From contig JAYUWH010000115.1 in NCBI GenBank assembly GCA_043753645.1, positions 141 to 64,140 on the forward strand: 64,000 nt of DNA, read 5' to 3'. The notes beneath the pieces were generated by a model. The model had not been told where the DNA came from, did no database searches, and saw only the letters and a list, made by a program, of their open reading frames with translations. Positions 21,858 through 32,315 of the stretch are shown here, in pieces; position 1 is the first letter of the stretch, and every line of letters starts with the position of its first letter. The translations under genes and the position numbers were made by a program. The DNA comes from Bdellovibrionales bacterium (GTDB lineage Bacteria > Bdellovibrionota > Bdellovibrionia > Bdellovibrionales > Bdellovibrionaceae).

Positions 21858-22797
21858 ACAAATCTCCTTTTTTAAAACTCTGATTTTTCAAAAACTCTTT
21901 AACTAACATTCTGGCTTTCGATTCTGGCTGAACTTCTAATAAAGATATTTTTCCAGTGGAGGTTTGAATAATCAAGTCATCATCAGAAATTTCGACAACA
22001 CGACCTGCTAGCAAGCTAGGAATTTCATCAAGCACTTTTGTTTTATGAATTTTTAATCGCTGACCGCCAAACAAACAATATGTACCCGGTCCCATGGTAA
22101 ACGCACGCACCTTATTGTGAATTTTTGCCGCAGGAAAGTTCCACTCAATCAGACTCTCTTCTTTACTTATTTTCGCTGCTAAAGTCACACCGCCTTCATC
22201 CTGAATCTGAGGCTGAATTTTTCCAGCGATAAAGTCTACAAATTCAGTCGTCAATAAAGCGCAACCAAGGCCCGCTAATTTATTATAAAGTTCAGTTGCC
22301 GTGATGTCTAAATCCAGCTGCACTTGCCGTTCGCCGATAATTGGTCCGGCGTCTAATTTTTTGACCATCTTTTGCAAACACACACCTGATACGACATCTC
22401 CCGCCTCGATCGCACGCTGAATCGGAGCAGCCCCGCGCCATTTCGGTAATAAACTGCCATGGACGTTCACGGCACCATGCGGAAAATGATCTAAGAAGTC
22501 TTGATTTAGTATCTGCCCGAAAGCGACTACAACGGCGGCATCGGCTTGCCAACTTTTGATTTTGGTAAAACAGACTTCGTCTTTTCGTAAATTTTCTGGA
22601 GTTAAAATTTCAATCCCATTTTTAGTAGCAACAATTTTTACAGCCGACGGAGTTAATTGCATTTTTCGACCTGCGGGCCGATCCGGTTGAGTCACGACAC
22701 CCACCACTTGAAAACGACGATCGTTAATTAAAGTTTCTAAGTGCTTCGCTGCAAAATCTGGAGTTCCTAAGAAGCACACGCGAATCGGGTTTGTCAT
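21850..22797 (-). CDS. fmt: Methionyl-tRNA formyltransferase
   Basis: FLGTPDFA, VVTQPDRPAGR, NVHGSLLPKWRGAAPIQRAI. Confidence 0.97.
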   Translation of the reverse strand: MTNPIRVCFLGTPDFAAKHLETLINDRRFQVVGVVTQPDRPAGRKMQLTPSAVKIVATKNGIEILTPENLRKDEVCFTKIKSWQADAAVVVAFGQILNQDFLDHFPHGAVNVHGSLLPKWRGAAPIQRAIEAGDVVSGVCLQKMVKKLDAGPIIGERQVQLDLDITATELYNKLAGLGCALLTTEFVDFIAGKIQPQIQDEGGVTLAAKISKEESLIEWNFPAAKIHNKVRAFTMGPGTYCLFGGQRLKIHKTKVLDEIPSLLAGRVVEISDDDLIIQTSTGKISLLEVQPESKARMLVKEFLKNQSFKKGDLFV

Positions 22798-23399
22798 GCC
22801 CGCGAAGGCTCTTTCATTTTAGCTTTTTTCTCGGCCAGTTCTTCTTTGGTAGGATATCCGGATTTTTTGATTTGATTTTTAATCCGATTACTTTTGGTAA
22901 AACTGATATGATCAATAAATAAAGTGCCTTCTAGATGATCCATCTCATGCTGGATACAAATTGCAAGTAAGCCATCAACATGTAATCGAAATTCTTTACC
23001 GGTGACATCAAAAGCTTTCACTTCGATTTTTTCAAATCTTTCGACTGTTTCGAAAAAACTAGGAACCGACAAGCACCCTTCATCAAAAGTCGTTTTGCCT
23101 TCACCTTTGACGATTTCTGGGTTTATCAAAATCAAGGGCTGCGTAATTTTTTTCTCTAATTCCGACAAGTCCATATCGTCAAAACGGCCCGACTTTTCAT
23201 TCTTCGAGCGCGTATCAACAACTAGCATCCGAATCAACTGCCCAACTTGCGGTGCTGCTAAACCAATACCGTTTGAATCATACATCGTCTCAAGCATATC
23301 ATCGGCTAATTTTTTTAAATCGGGAGTAAACTTTTTAACGGGTTCAGATACTTCTCGTAGTAGTGGATTTGGATAAGTCAGAATTTCTAATTTTGCCAT
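22794..23399 (-). CDS. def: Peptide deformylase
   Basis: GIGLAAPQVG, EGCLS, QHEMDHL. Confidence 0.97.
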   Translation of the reverse strand: MAKLEILTYPNPLLREVSEPVKKFTPDLKKLADDMLETMYDSNGIGLAAPQVGQLIRMLVVDTRSKNEKSGRFDDMDLSELEKKITQPLILINPEIVKGEGKTTFDEGCLSVPSFFETVERFEKIEVKAFDVTGKEFRLHVDGLLAICIQHEMDHLEGTLFIDHISFTKSNRIKNQIKKSGYPTKEELAEKKAKMKEPSRA

Positions 23400-23449
23400 T
23401 TTTACAGCTCTCCAGTCGCACGTATTTCAGTTATTCAGTACTTAATCTA

Positions 23450-24532
23450 TTACCTCTTCAGGCGCAACAAGAAGGTCATGCCAAGGCTTAGCATGATTAC
23501 ATTCGGCATCCACGCCGCAATGATCGGCAGCAGTTGTCCATGTTGCCCCATGGTTTGCGCCGAACTATAAAATATCCAGTATACCATTACCAATCCCAAA
23601 CATATGCCTATGTTCAACATCATTCCACCACCACGGGTTTTACTGACGCAAAATGGAAGGGCTAATAAACTCATAACTAAGCCCGCCAAGGCAAAACTGA
23701 ATTTCGAATGAAAATCGACTTCGTACTTAATCGTATCTAAGCCAGCTTCTTTATTTTTATTGATAAAACGTGCAAGTTCGTTCTGTGTTAATAAATCAGA
23801 TGTTTGCCCTGTACTTCGTAGATCTTGAGCTTCTTCAGCCATCACGATGGTTTTTTCTAAAAAGCGGTCATTCATGGGAAAACTAGAGTCTTGCGAAAAA
23901 ACAGTCACCGTTCCATTCTGCAAAAGCCACTGAGATCCATTCATGGCCACATTGTTGGCCGTCAACATTTGAATTAAATCCCATTTTTCATTAAAAAAAT
24001 ATAAAGTCAGGCCTTGCGCCTTGTTACCTTCAGCATTTAAAGTTTTAATATTATATATCGAGTTTTTCGAGCGGTACCAGATTCGATTCGTTTTAATAGT
24101 CTGAAACCGCGATGGATTTTTTTCAATTTCATTGTAATACACGAAACTTTTATTCTTAGAAAATGCGGGCATTAACTGATCACTCATGTAATACGAAAAT
24201 CCACAAATTAAAATGATCGAGATAAAAATGATCCGCGAGACTCGAAATAGACTCATACCTGCCGCAAACAATGCAATCAATTCGCTGCCTCGGTTCAATG
24301 ACGAGATGGTCATGACCATGCCTACGACGCAAGCAACGGGCAGCATCTTATAAATAATTTCGGGAGCATAATATAAATAGTAACGTAAGAAAACGGTCGA
24401 ACCCACATTTTGATATTTTAGAATCGAAGACATCGCATCAGTTGCAATAAACAAAGTTACAAAGATCAGAAGGCCTGCAATAAAGGACGACCAAAATAAA
24501 GTAAGTAGATACCGATCGATACGACTGAACAT
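23450..24532 (-). CDS. lptG: LPS export ABC transporter permease (LptF/LptG family)
   Basis: IDRYL start, SELIALFAAGMSLFR, 3+3 TM around a periplasmic domain, AAWMPN. Confidence 0.85.
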   Translation of the reverse strand: MFSRIDRYLLTLFWSSFIAGLLIFVTLFIATDAMSSILKYQNVGSTVFLRYYLYYAPEIIYKMLPVACVVGMVMTISSLNRGSELIALFAAGMSLFRVSRIIFISIILICGFSYYMSDQLMPAFSKNKSFVYYNEIEKNPSRFQTIKTNRIWYRSKNSIYNIKTLNAEGNKAQGLTLYFFNEKWDLIQMLTANNVAMNGSQWLLQNGTVTVFSQDSSFPMNDRFLEKTIVMAEEAQDLRSTGQTSDLLTQNELARFINKNKEAGLDTIKYEVDFHSKFSFALAGLVMSLLALPFCVSKTRGGGMMLNIGICLGLVMVYWIFYSSAQTMGQHGQLLPIIAAWMPNVIMLSLGMTFLLRLKR

Positions 24533-24588
24533 AGATTAAATTATGCCTTGAACTTGACTCAATGGGTATTGTGATATGTACTTTAGTC

Positions 24589-25533
24589 ATGGCTTTACGC
24601 GTCTTACTTGCTGATGAAAGTTCCACAATCAAAAAAGCAATTCAAATGGCCCTGGCAGAATATGCTGTGGAAGTTAAAAGCGTGCCCTCAGGTTTAGATG
24701 TTTTAACAGTGGCCCACCAGTTTCATCCGGATATTGTTTTAGCTGATGTTTTATTAACAAAAAAAAATGGTTATGAAGTCTGTACCGAATTGAAAACTGA
24801 TTCTGCAACTCGAGCAATTCCAGTTGTACTTATGTGGAGCAGTTTCATGCAAATCGATCAGGCTCAAGTCAAAAAAGCTAAAGCCGATGGCGTTCTAGAA
24901 AAGCCATTTGATACTGAAACTTTACGTCAATTAATTGAAAAATTTGTAGCCAAGACGAATTCTTTTCCATTGAAGGGACTTCTTTCACATCCTCCATTGC
25001 CAGACTTCACGGAGTCCGAAACGTTTGTTCGTCAGAAAAACCAATTTGCAACACAGACTCCTGAAAAAGAATCTACGCGGCGCACAGAAATCGAAGACGT
25101 GGAAGAAGACTTCAGCTTTCAGTCTCCTCAGAAGAATCAGACGCCTAAAAATTCAAACCAATCAGAACCCTCTGATGAGTGGAGCGCTGCTTCCGCTGGC
25201 CAGTTTGTGATTGAAACGGAATCTTTCGGAGATTTCGAAGAAGTTACGGTTATTAATTCTAAAGATCCAGCTCAACCATCGCCCAATTTGCAGCGTCGAA
25301 TAAAAGAACAAGTGAGTACCTATCTGCAAGATACTCCCTTAACAAAAAATAAAGCGGACGAAGCTTTTGGCAGTGGTATTCAGTCCTTTAGTGCTTTTGA
25401 TGAGCAACTTTTAAAAGATGAAATTAAACAAATAGCCGAGCGAATTTGCTGGCAAATAATTCCTGATATCACCGAAAAAATTGTGCGCGAAGAGCTAAAT
25501 AAGTTGCTTCAAGGGCTTGAAAAGACTACTTAA
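24589..25533 (+). CDS. romR: RomR-type response regulator (receiver + disordered linker + RomR C-terminal helix)
   Basis: Receiver VLLADES...LADV..KP; acidic/Pro linker; C-terminus IAERICWQIIPDITEKIVREELNKLL resembles the conserved RomR C-terminal motif. Confidence 0.75.
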   Translation: MALRVLLADESSTIKKAIQMALAEYAVEVKSVPSGLDVLTVAHQFHPDIVLADVLLTKKNGYEVCTELKTDSATRAIPVVLMWSSFMQIDQAQVKKAKADGVLEKPFDTETLRQLIEKFVAKTNSFPLKGLLSHPPLPDFTESETFVRQKNQFATQTPEKESTRRTEIEDVEEDFSFQSPQKNQTPKNSNQSEPSDEWSAASAGQFVIETESFGDFEEVTVINSKDPAQPSPNLQRRIKEQVSTYLQDTPLTKNKADEAFGSGIQSFSAFDEQLLKDEIKQIAERICWQIIPDITEKIVREELNKLLQGLEKTT

Positions 25534-25538
25534 AGTCC

Positions 25539-26363
25539 ATGACAACTTTGGATTTAATTAAAGCCGCGATAAAAGAAGACATGCCTTCCGGCGATGTCAC
25601 AACCGAATCACTGGCGGTAACACCAAAATATGCTGAGGCCGTCTTAAAAGCAAAAGAGGATTTGGTCCTTTCTGGTGCTAGTGCCTTCGAGCAAACTATT
25701 TTATTTCTAGAGCCTAGCGCAAAATTGAAATGGCATTTTGAAGAAGGTGATTTTATTTTCAAAGGCCAAAATATTTGCTCGATCGACGGAGATCTAATTC
25801 AGATTTTAAAGGCTGAACGAGTGGCTTTAAATTTTTTAGGTCGACTTTCAGGAATCGCAACTTTAACACGACAATTCGTTAAAGCCATTGAAGGCACCAA
25901 GGCGCAAATTTTAGATACGAGAAAAACGACTCCAGTATTACGGGAATTAGAAAAGCGTGCGGTCACCCATGGGGGTGGACTCAATCACCGATTTAATCTT
26001 TCAGATGCGGTCTTGATTAAAGATAATCATATCACTTTAATGAAGGGTATCACGATGGCCGTCGATAGATTACGTCAAAATTGTCAGCTTCCCATCGAGG
26101 TTGAAGCTTCATCGCTAGCGCAGGTCAAAGAATGCATTGGCTTACAAGTAGATCGCATTCTATTAGACAATATGAATAATGAATTACTTACTGAAGTATT
26201 AAAAATAATTCCTGCACATATTAAAACAGAAGCCAGCGGTAATATGACATTAAACCGGGTTCCCTCAGTAGCCGCCTTGGGTGTGGATTTTATTTCGGTG
26301 GGTGCCTTGACTCACTCTGCACCGTGCGCTGATGTCAGTTTACTTTTTGACTGGAGCGTCTAA
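25539..26363 (+). CDS. nadC: Nicotinate-nucleotide pyrophosphorylase (carboxylating)
   Basis: AERVALNFL, DTRKTTP, NHRF.LSDAVLIKDNH, LLDNM, EASG. Confidence 0.96.
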   Translation: MTTLDLIKAAIKEDMPSGDVTTESLAVTPKYAEAVLKAKEDLVLSGASAFEQTILFLEPSAKLKWHFEEGDFIFKGQNICSIDGDLIQILKAERVALNFLGRLSGIATLTRQFVKAIEGTKAQILDTRKTTPVLRELEKRAVTHGGGLNHRFNLSDAVLIKDNHITLMKGITMAVDRLRQNCQLPIEVEASSLAQVKECIGLQVDRILLDNMNNELLTEVLKIIPAHIKTEASGNMTLNRVPSVAALGVDFISVGALTHSAPCADVSLLFDWSV

Positions 26364-27115
26364 TGGAAGATACTCTGCTTGCTGATATCCGCATTGGACA
26401 CGTCAGTCATGAATGGGCCCAGGCGCAAAAAATAAAAACATTTTATTTTTCCGAAATTGATAGCACGAATTTGAAAGCTAAGTCGGAAGCTTTCCATGAC
26501 AACAGCCTTGCTGAACAGGTTATCCTTTATTTTGCTGATTACCAAACAGCCGGACGCGGTCGTGGCAACAATAAATGGAATTCAGCCCTGCGTGGCGGAC
26601 AACTTTTATCAACGTGGTCTTTCATGCTACCTGATCATGTCCAACCCATTTTATCTCCACTGGTAGGCCTTGCCCTGTATAAATCATGCGTTAGCACCTG
26701 GCCTTTTTTAAATTTTAGTTTAAAGGCGCCAAATGATTTGTTTATTGACGATAAAAAAGTTGCCGGGCTTCTTTTAGAAACCGTCACACAAGGCGAAGAT
26801 ATTCGTTTGCTGATCGGCTTGGGCTTAAATGTCCTAGCCGCGCCCACCGATGTTCCAAACGCCACTTCGCTGGTGGACGAATTACCAAAAAAAGTTCCAC
26901 TGCTTGCGCCGGATTGGATTTCTTTTTTAGAACGCTTTATTTTTGAATTAGCTATTTCGATTCAGTTGGCGACCGAGCCCTTAGACACGACCACGGCGGC
27001 TTCACTTTTACATGCTCTGAATCAAAATCCTTTATTGCCCGAAAAATATTTATCGATTGATAGCGACGGCACAATGCAAACTGCAGCAAAAAAAATAAAT
27101 TGGCTTGAATTGTAG
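26363..27115 (+). CDS. birA: Biotin--acetyl-CoA-carboxylase ligase (no HTH)
   Basis: IDSTN, QTAGRGRG..W, K.PND...KKVAGLL.E, IGLGLNV. Confidence 0.9.
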   Translation: MEDTLLADIRIGHVSHEWAQAQKIKTFYFSEIDSTNLKAKSEAFHDNSLAEQVILYFADYQTAGRGRGNNKWNSALRGGQLLSTWSFMLPDHVQPILSPLVGLALYKSCVSTWPFLNFSLKAPNDLFIDDKKVAGLLLETVTQGEDIRLLIGLGLNVLAAPTDVPNATSLVDELPKKVPLLAPDWISFLERFIFELAISIQLATEPLDTTTAASLLHALNQNPLLPEKYLSIDSDGTMQTAAKKINWLEL

Positions 27116-27127
27116 AAAGGACTTGCT

Positions 27128-27685
27128 ATGCCGGTTTACACACCAACTGTTACAGAAACTGCCTTAAGATGTCCTGAATTTTCACTGCCTTCGGTGGTTG
27201 ACGGAAAATTTTTTTCATCGACACAGCTGCAAAACGGAAAACCATTTTTGATCATGTTTATTTGCAATCACTGCCCCTACGTAAAAGCCATCGAGGATCG
27301 CCTGATTCAGTTAGCTTACGATTTGCAAAAAATAGCGGTAACCGTGGTTGCCATTTGCGCTAATGACGAGGACTCTTACCCTGAAGACAAATTAGAAAAT
27401 CTTAAAAATCGTGCGCTTGAAAAGAAGTTTCCCTTTATTTATCTCCACGACAAACAGCAGCTGGTAGCAAAAGCTTTTAACGCCGTCTGCACTCCGGATT
27501 ATTTTGGCTACGATGGCGCAGGTGCATTAGCTTATCGTGGTCGACTTGATGACTCGTGGAAAGAAGCAAATTTAGTTACTCGTCGTGAATTATTTATGGC
27601 AATGCAGAATTTAGCTAATAAGGAAATTATTAGTGCAAAGCAGACGCCTTCGATGGGTTGTTCTATAAAATGGATGGATAGATAG
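27128..27685 (+). CDS. Thioredoxin/AhpC-TSA family protein
   Basis: MFICNHCPYV, CTPD.F, YRGRLDDS, PSMGCSIKW. Confidence 0.92.
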   Translation: MPVYTPTVTETALRCPEFSLPSVVDGKFFSSTQLQNGKPFLIMFICNHCPYVKAIEDRLIQLAYDLQKIAVTVVAICANDEDSYPEDKLENLKNRALEKKFPFIYLHDKQQLVAKAFNAVCTPDYFGYDGAGALAYRGRLDDSWKEANLVTRRELFMAMQNLANKEIISAKQTPSMGCSIKWMDR

Positions 27686-27711
27686 ATTAATTAATTACTC
27701 ATGGGGTTTCG

Positions 27712-28272
27712 ATGATTAAACATGCAATTTACGCATTAGGTTTGGGACTTTTAGTTCTGATGCTTTATATTTTTCAATACACCGGTGCTTTCAAAAGTGT
27801 CGCAATCGCCGTTGATCAACGTCCGGCTATCACTATTATTTACCGAGATTACATGGGCCCATACCACAAAATAGTTTCAACAATCGAGCAGGTCGAGACC
27901 TGGGCCAAGGCGCATGGACTTAAATGTCGTTTAAGTTTTGGTGAATATTTTGATAATCCAGATGCGGTCGAAGAAGGACGCCTACGTGCGCGCGGAGGCT
28001 GTTTGATTGATCCGTTGGTACCGGCTGAGAAAGAAATTCTATCGCAATTAACTTTACCAGAAGACATTAAGACAGACGAAATTCCCGCGTCTAAATCCGT
28101 TGTCGCTATTTTTTCTGGGGCAGCTGGAATTGGGCCTATAAAGGTTTATCCTAAGGCCAATGAATTTATTGAAAAAGAAAAATTAATCAAAAAGGGCAAC
28201 GTGATCGAAATTTATGAAATCTTCGATACGAAGTCGATGCAGACCACTTATATGTGGCCTGTTACGAATTAA
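27712..28272 (+). CDS. GyrI-like small-molecule-binding protein with N-terminal TM
   Basis: Y.GPY..I, FGEYFDNP..V...LR...GC. Confidence 0.75.
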   Translation: MIKHAIYALGLGLLVLMLYIFQYTGAFKSVAIAVDQRPAITIIYRDYMGPYHKIVSTIEQVETWAKAHGLKCRLSFGEYFDNPDAVEEGRLRARGGCLIDPLVPAEKEILSQLTLPEDIKTDEIPASKSVVAIFSGAAGIGPIKVYPKANEFIEKEKLIKKGNVIEIYEIFDTKSMQTTYMWPVTN

Positions 28273-28420
28273 TGATTTCCGTTACAAGGTTGTGACTGAA
28301 TATTTAGTTGTACATCACTTGTAATCACCGACCCACGCGCTAAGCCAACGGCACTTGCTGCTAAAACAGGAAACTACCAATTACAAGCCCATTATTTTAC
28401 TTAAACTAAGCAGATTTTTT

Positions 28421-28867
28421 CTACTTTCCAGAGGTGAAAAGCCGACCTTCAATAACATAAATTTTTTCCACAGCGTTAAACCAAATCTCTTGGTAATCCA
28501 GATGGTTCGCAGTTCGAGTAATTTCAAGATGAATGGTGGTTTTTTCGTTGGGGCTTGGCATGTCGACAGAAAAATGGTTGCCGTCGTAACTTCCTACGGC
28601 AACGTTTTGTTCGTCGTATAGCAGGCCAGTTGCTAACTTCCAGTTTGTTTTACCAAGCTCCATACCGACCACTTCGCAATCAAAGTATCCTTTGTCTATG
28701 CCTATTGTTGATGAGGACTCAGACCACGTCATCGTCATCGACGGACAATGTGTTCCATCTTTATTGCCACGAAACTTCCAAGATCCAAAACCAATCCAAT
28801 CTCCGTTAAAACTAGCATGGGCCGTAATCGCTAAAAATATTGGTGCTATCACTAGAAAAAATTTCAT
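28421..28867 (-). CDS. Hypothetical secreted beta-rich protein
   Basis: SD GGAGG, signal peptide AHA, two Cys. Confidence 0.75.
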   Translation of the reverse strand: MKFFLVIAPIFLAITAHASFNGDWIGFGSWKFRGNKDGTHCPSMTMTWSESSSTIGIDKGYFDCEVVGMELGKTNWKLATGLLYDEQNVAVGSYDGNHFSVDMPSPNEKTTIHLEITRTANHLDYQEIWFNAVEKIYVIEGRLFTSGK

Positions 28868-28933
28868 TGGGCAACCTCCGTGGTCTTTATCATCCTAGGA
28901 AAATATCTGGACTTTAGTCAAAGCCGAATATGT

Positions 28934-28960
28934 TAAATTTTAGTCAGCTTTTGTCGATAA
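28934..28960 (+). promoter_or_regulatory. Sigma28 (FliA)-type promoter
   Basis: TAAA-N15-GTCGATAA 16 nt upstream of ATG 28977. Confidence 0.6.
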
Positions 28961-28976
28961 GACCCTGAGGTATACG

Positions 28977-29867
28977 ATGAAAAAAATATTATTTACGCTG
29001 GTTTCGATTTTTACTCTAACCAATTCGGCATTTGCTCAAAATTTTGAACTACCCCAGGAATTTCAACAATCTTTTACTTTAAACAGCAACGGGGAAATTC
29101 AAAAAAAAAGCTCGGTGGGCATTAGCTCAGAAGCCTACACAGTCAAGTTTAATGATGCTGGTGTTAAAGTTTTTGCAAGCTCTACCGGAACAACGGCCTG
29201 GTACGTAGGTTCGAACTCGTGTTCACAAAATAAAGATTTAAAATGCGTCAGTGTTTACAATCGTGACAGTTCAAAAATTCAAGGCAATCAAATGAATCCC
29301 TTTGCTAGTGAAAATCACTTGGGTAGCTACACCCTGATGCGCATTAATCCAAAAAAACAATCTGAAAGTTCTGTCATCAAATGCAATAGTTCGTTTTTGA
29401 AAAAAACAATTCGTGATAGCGGTGATCTGTCAAACTGTGCTCAATATACGAAGAAAAGCTGTGCCGATTGGGAGAATGAGTTGGGCAACAGCCCTGCCAT
29501 TACAGCCTTAGAACAGAAAGCCGAAATGTGCGAACAGGTTGCCAAAGACATTACCAAGTTACGCACCCGCATGAAGACTATCTTTCAAAGCGATTTAAAG
29601 GACGCTGAAAAAGACATTCAAAATAACTTTGACGCAGCCACCGCCGGCGACCGCGGAATTGGTCTTATTGCCGATGTAAAAACCAAAGAAATGAAAATAA
29701 ATCCAAATGTTCTAATCTACCGTGATATTTTTGAACGCTCTAATGATTGCGTAAAATATTCTAATATTATTGGAACTGATTATTCGATGAAGGACTTATT
29801 CTCAACAACTGATTCAAAGTCAAAATCCCGCGAGCTTAGATCGCCCGCGGAAAAAAATCGTCGCTAA
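28977..29867 (+). CDS. Hypothetical secreted Cys-containing protein
   Basis: SD GAGG, signal peptide AFA, multiple Cys. Confidence 0.75.
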   Translation: MKKILFTLVSIFTLTNSAFAQNFELPQEFQQSFTLNSNGEIQKKSSVGISSEAYTVKFNDAGVKVFASSTGTTAWYVGSNSCSQNKDLKCVSVYNRDSSKIQGNQMNPFASENHLGSYTLMRINPKKQSESSVIKCNSSFLKKTIRDSGDLSNCAQYTKKSCADWENELGNSPAITALEQKAEMCEQVAKDITKLRTRMKTIFQSDLKDAEKDIQNNFDAATAGDRGIGLIADVKTKEMKINPNVLIYRDIFERSNDCVKYSNIIGTDYSMKDLFSTTDSKSKSRELRSPAEKNRR

Positions 29868-29869
29868 TA

Positions 29870-32140
29870 TTATTTTCCAGCGCGAATTAAATTAAGTGCG
29901 GATCCTGCGCGAAACCACTTAATTTGTTCGTCGTTGTAACTGTGTTTTACCTCAATGCGTTCGGTTGTGCCACTGGCGTGCTTTGCCTCTAAAAATAAAT
30001 TCTTTCCTGGAGCTAAATCTTGCAACCCGTGAATAGTTAATAAATCTTTTTCATGAATGCGCTCATAATCCTGTGGATTAACGAAATGCAAAGCTAGCAC
30101 TCCTTGTTTTTTCAAATTCGTTTCATGAATACGTGCAAATGATTTCACAATAACTGCCGTGCAACCCAAAAATCGCGGAGACATCGCTGCATGCTCGCGT
30201 GAAGAGCCTTCCCCGTAGTTCTCATCGCCAATAATCATCCAGCTTTTTCCTGCTTTTTGATAATCACGAGCAATTTGTGCAAATTCCTGTTTGGCTCCGG
30301 TCATTTGATTTGTGCCTTTTCCGATTTCACCCGGAATAAACGCATTATCAGCACCTAGCAGCATATTGTCTGAAATTTTGTCTAAATGGCCACGGTAATT
30401 TAGCCATTTGCCACCCGGACTAATATGATCTGTCGTGCACTTACCTTTTGCTTTCGCTAAAACATAATGATCAACAAAATCTTTTCCATCCCAAGTAGTG
30501 AAAGGCTTTAATAATTGCAAACGTTCAGACGTTGGGCTGATAGCTACTTTCGTTTGATCGCCTTCAGGTTTTTGGTAACCTTCCACATCTGGCACAAATC
30601 CTTTTTCAGGAAGTTCAGGTGCTTGCGGAGCCATTAATTTTATTTTTCCATTTGGCCCGACCAATTCATCTGTCATTGGATTAAAGTCAATTCGTCCGGC
30701 AAGTCCCATGGCCATAACAATTTCCGGTGATCCAATAAACGCTAAGGTTTCAGGATTCGCATCATTTCGGCCACGAAAATTTCGGTTGAATGAGGTTAAA
30801 ATGGTATTCTTATCGCCCGTCTTAATATCATCACGTTTCCACTGCCCGATACACGGTCCGCAGGCGTTGGCTAAAACCACGGCTCCTACATTTTCAAACG
30901 TTTTCATTTGGCCATCACGGGTGATGGTGTTTTGAATTTGCGTTGATCCCGGAGAAACCAAAAACGGCTGGTTCATGCGCACGCCAACTTTCATAGCTTG
31001 CTCGGCCACATTGGCAGAACGGCCTATATCTTCGTAAGAAGAATTTGTGCATGAGCCAATCAATGCCGATGATAATTTTGTTGGCCACCCTTTTTCTTTG
31101 GCCTCTTTTGCAATCGCTGAAATCGGCCGAGCTAAATCCGGAGTATGTGGTCCTACTAAATGCGGCTCGAGAGTTGTTAAATCAATTTCATAAACTTCAT
31201 CAAAATATTTATTTGGATTCGCTAACACATCGGCATCAGCCGTTAGTACATCCTTGTTTTGATCGGCAATCGCGGCTAATTCAGCGCGGCCTGTAGCTTT
31301 TAGAAATCCCGCCATCTTAGCATCGTACGGAAACACCGAACATGTCGCGCCAAGTTCCGCGCCCATATTGGTGATCGTCGCTTTTCCGGTGCAAGAGATT
31401 GAAGTTGCGCCTTCGCCAAAGTATTCGACAATTTTATCCGTTCCACCTTTAACCGTAAGCATTCCACATAGTTTTAAAATCACGTCTTTAGCTGAAGCCC
31501 AGCCATTCATTTTTCCTTTTAAATGAATACCGATTAGTTTTGGATTTTTAACTTCCCAAGGTAATCCCACCATGACGTCACTGGCATCAGATCCACCGAC
31601 TCCAATGGCACACATTCCTAAACCACCTGCGTTGGGTGTATGAGAATCCGTACCGATCATCAAGCCACCCGGAAATGCGTAATTTTCTAAAATCACTTGA
31701 TGAATAATTCCGGCTCCGGGTTTCCAGAAACCAATATTATATTTTGAAGACGTTGAAGCTAAAAAATCAAAAACTTCACGGTTTGTCATATTCGAATTGT
31801 TCATATCTTTTTCTTTACCCTGGTAGGCCAAAATCAGATGGTCACAATGAACTGTCGAAGGCACCGCCGCTTCATTTTTTTCAGCTAGCATAAACTGCAG
31901 CAAAGCCATTTGCGCCGTAGCATCCTGCATGGCCACGCGATCAGGATTTAATAATAAGAACGATTTACCGCGTTCGATCTCTTGCGTCTGCGGGCTGATT
32001 AAGTGACCGTATATTATTTTTTCAGCCAATGTTAACGAGCGATTCAAACGTTTACGAATTATTTCGGTGCGCAGACGCGTCGTTTCGTAAACTTTTTTGA
32101 CCATCTCAGGAGTTGTTTCAATTTTTGCTGACGCAGACAT
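29870..32140 (-). CDS. Aconitate hydratase (mitochondrial-type)
   Basis: [64 protein letters not shown]. Confidence 0.95.
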   Translation of the reverse strand: MSASAKIETTPEMVKKVYETTRLRTEIIRKRLNRSLTLAEKIIYGHLISPQTQEIERGKSFLLLNPDRVAMQDATAQMALLQFMLAEKNEAAVPSTVHCDHLILAYQGKEKDMNNSNMTNREVFDFLASTSSKYNIGFWKPGAGIIHQVILENYAFPGGLMIGTDSHTPNAGGLGMCAIGVGGSDASDVMVGLPWEVKNPKLIGIHLKGKMNGWASAKDVILKLCGMLTVKGGTDKIVEYFGEGATSISCTGKATITNMGAELGATCSVFPYDAKMAGFLKATGRAELAAIADQNKDVLTADADVLANPNKYFDEVYEIDLTTLEPHLVGPHTPDLARPISAIAKEAKEKGWPTKLSSALIGSCTNSSYEDIGRSANVAEQAMKVGVRMNQPFLVSPGSTQIQNTITRDGQMKTFENVGAVVLANACGPCIGQWKRDDIKTGDKNTILTSFNRNFRGRNDANPETLAFIGSPEIVMAMGLAGRIDFNPMTDELVGPNGKIKLMAPQAPELPEKGFVPDVEGYQKPEGDQTKVAISPTSERLQLLKPFTTWDGKDFVDHYVLAKAKGKCTTDHISPGGKWLNYRGHLDKISDNMLLGADNAFIPGEIGKGTNQMTGAKQEFAQIARDYQKAGKSWMIIGDENYGEGSSREHAAMSPRFLGCTAVIVKSFARIHETNLKKQGVLALHFVNPQDYERIHEKDLLTIHGLQDLAPGKNLFLEAKHASGTTERIEVKHSYNDEQIKWFRAGSALNLIRAGK

Positions 32141-32315
32141 TTATAAGCCTTCCTATTTCGATTAAAAGAACACGATTATTCGATCGCTTGTTATTCAACT
32201 ATACTGAGCCATAAAAATTAAAGAAAAAATTGAATAATTGGAATATAATGTAGTAGTATAAGGAATACATGACTTTAGGCTACATTCGCACTAAATTTAA
32301 TGTCCAGAAGATCCC

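Noticed and set aside
28281-28325. Imperfect inverted repeat TTACAAG...CTTGTAA as a possible ncRNA or MITE
   Set aside because: Single copy between convergent genes with many mismatches; at most a terminator-like element
29870-32140. Mitochondrial-type aconitase as a eukaryotic transfer
   Set aside because: This aconitase type is known in several bacterial lineages and the gene looks native
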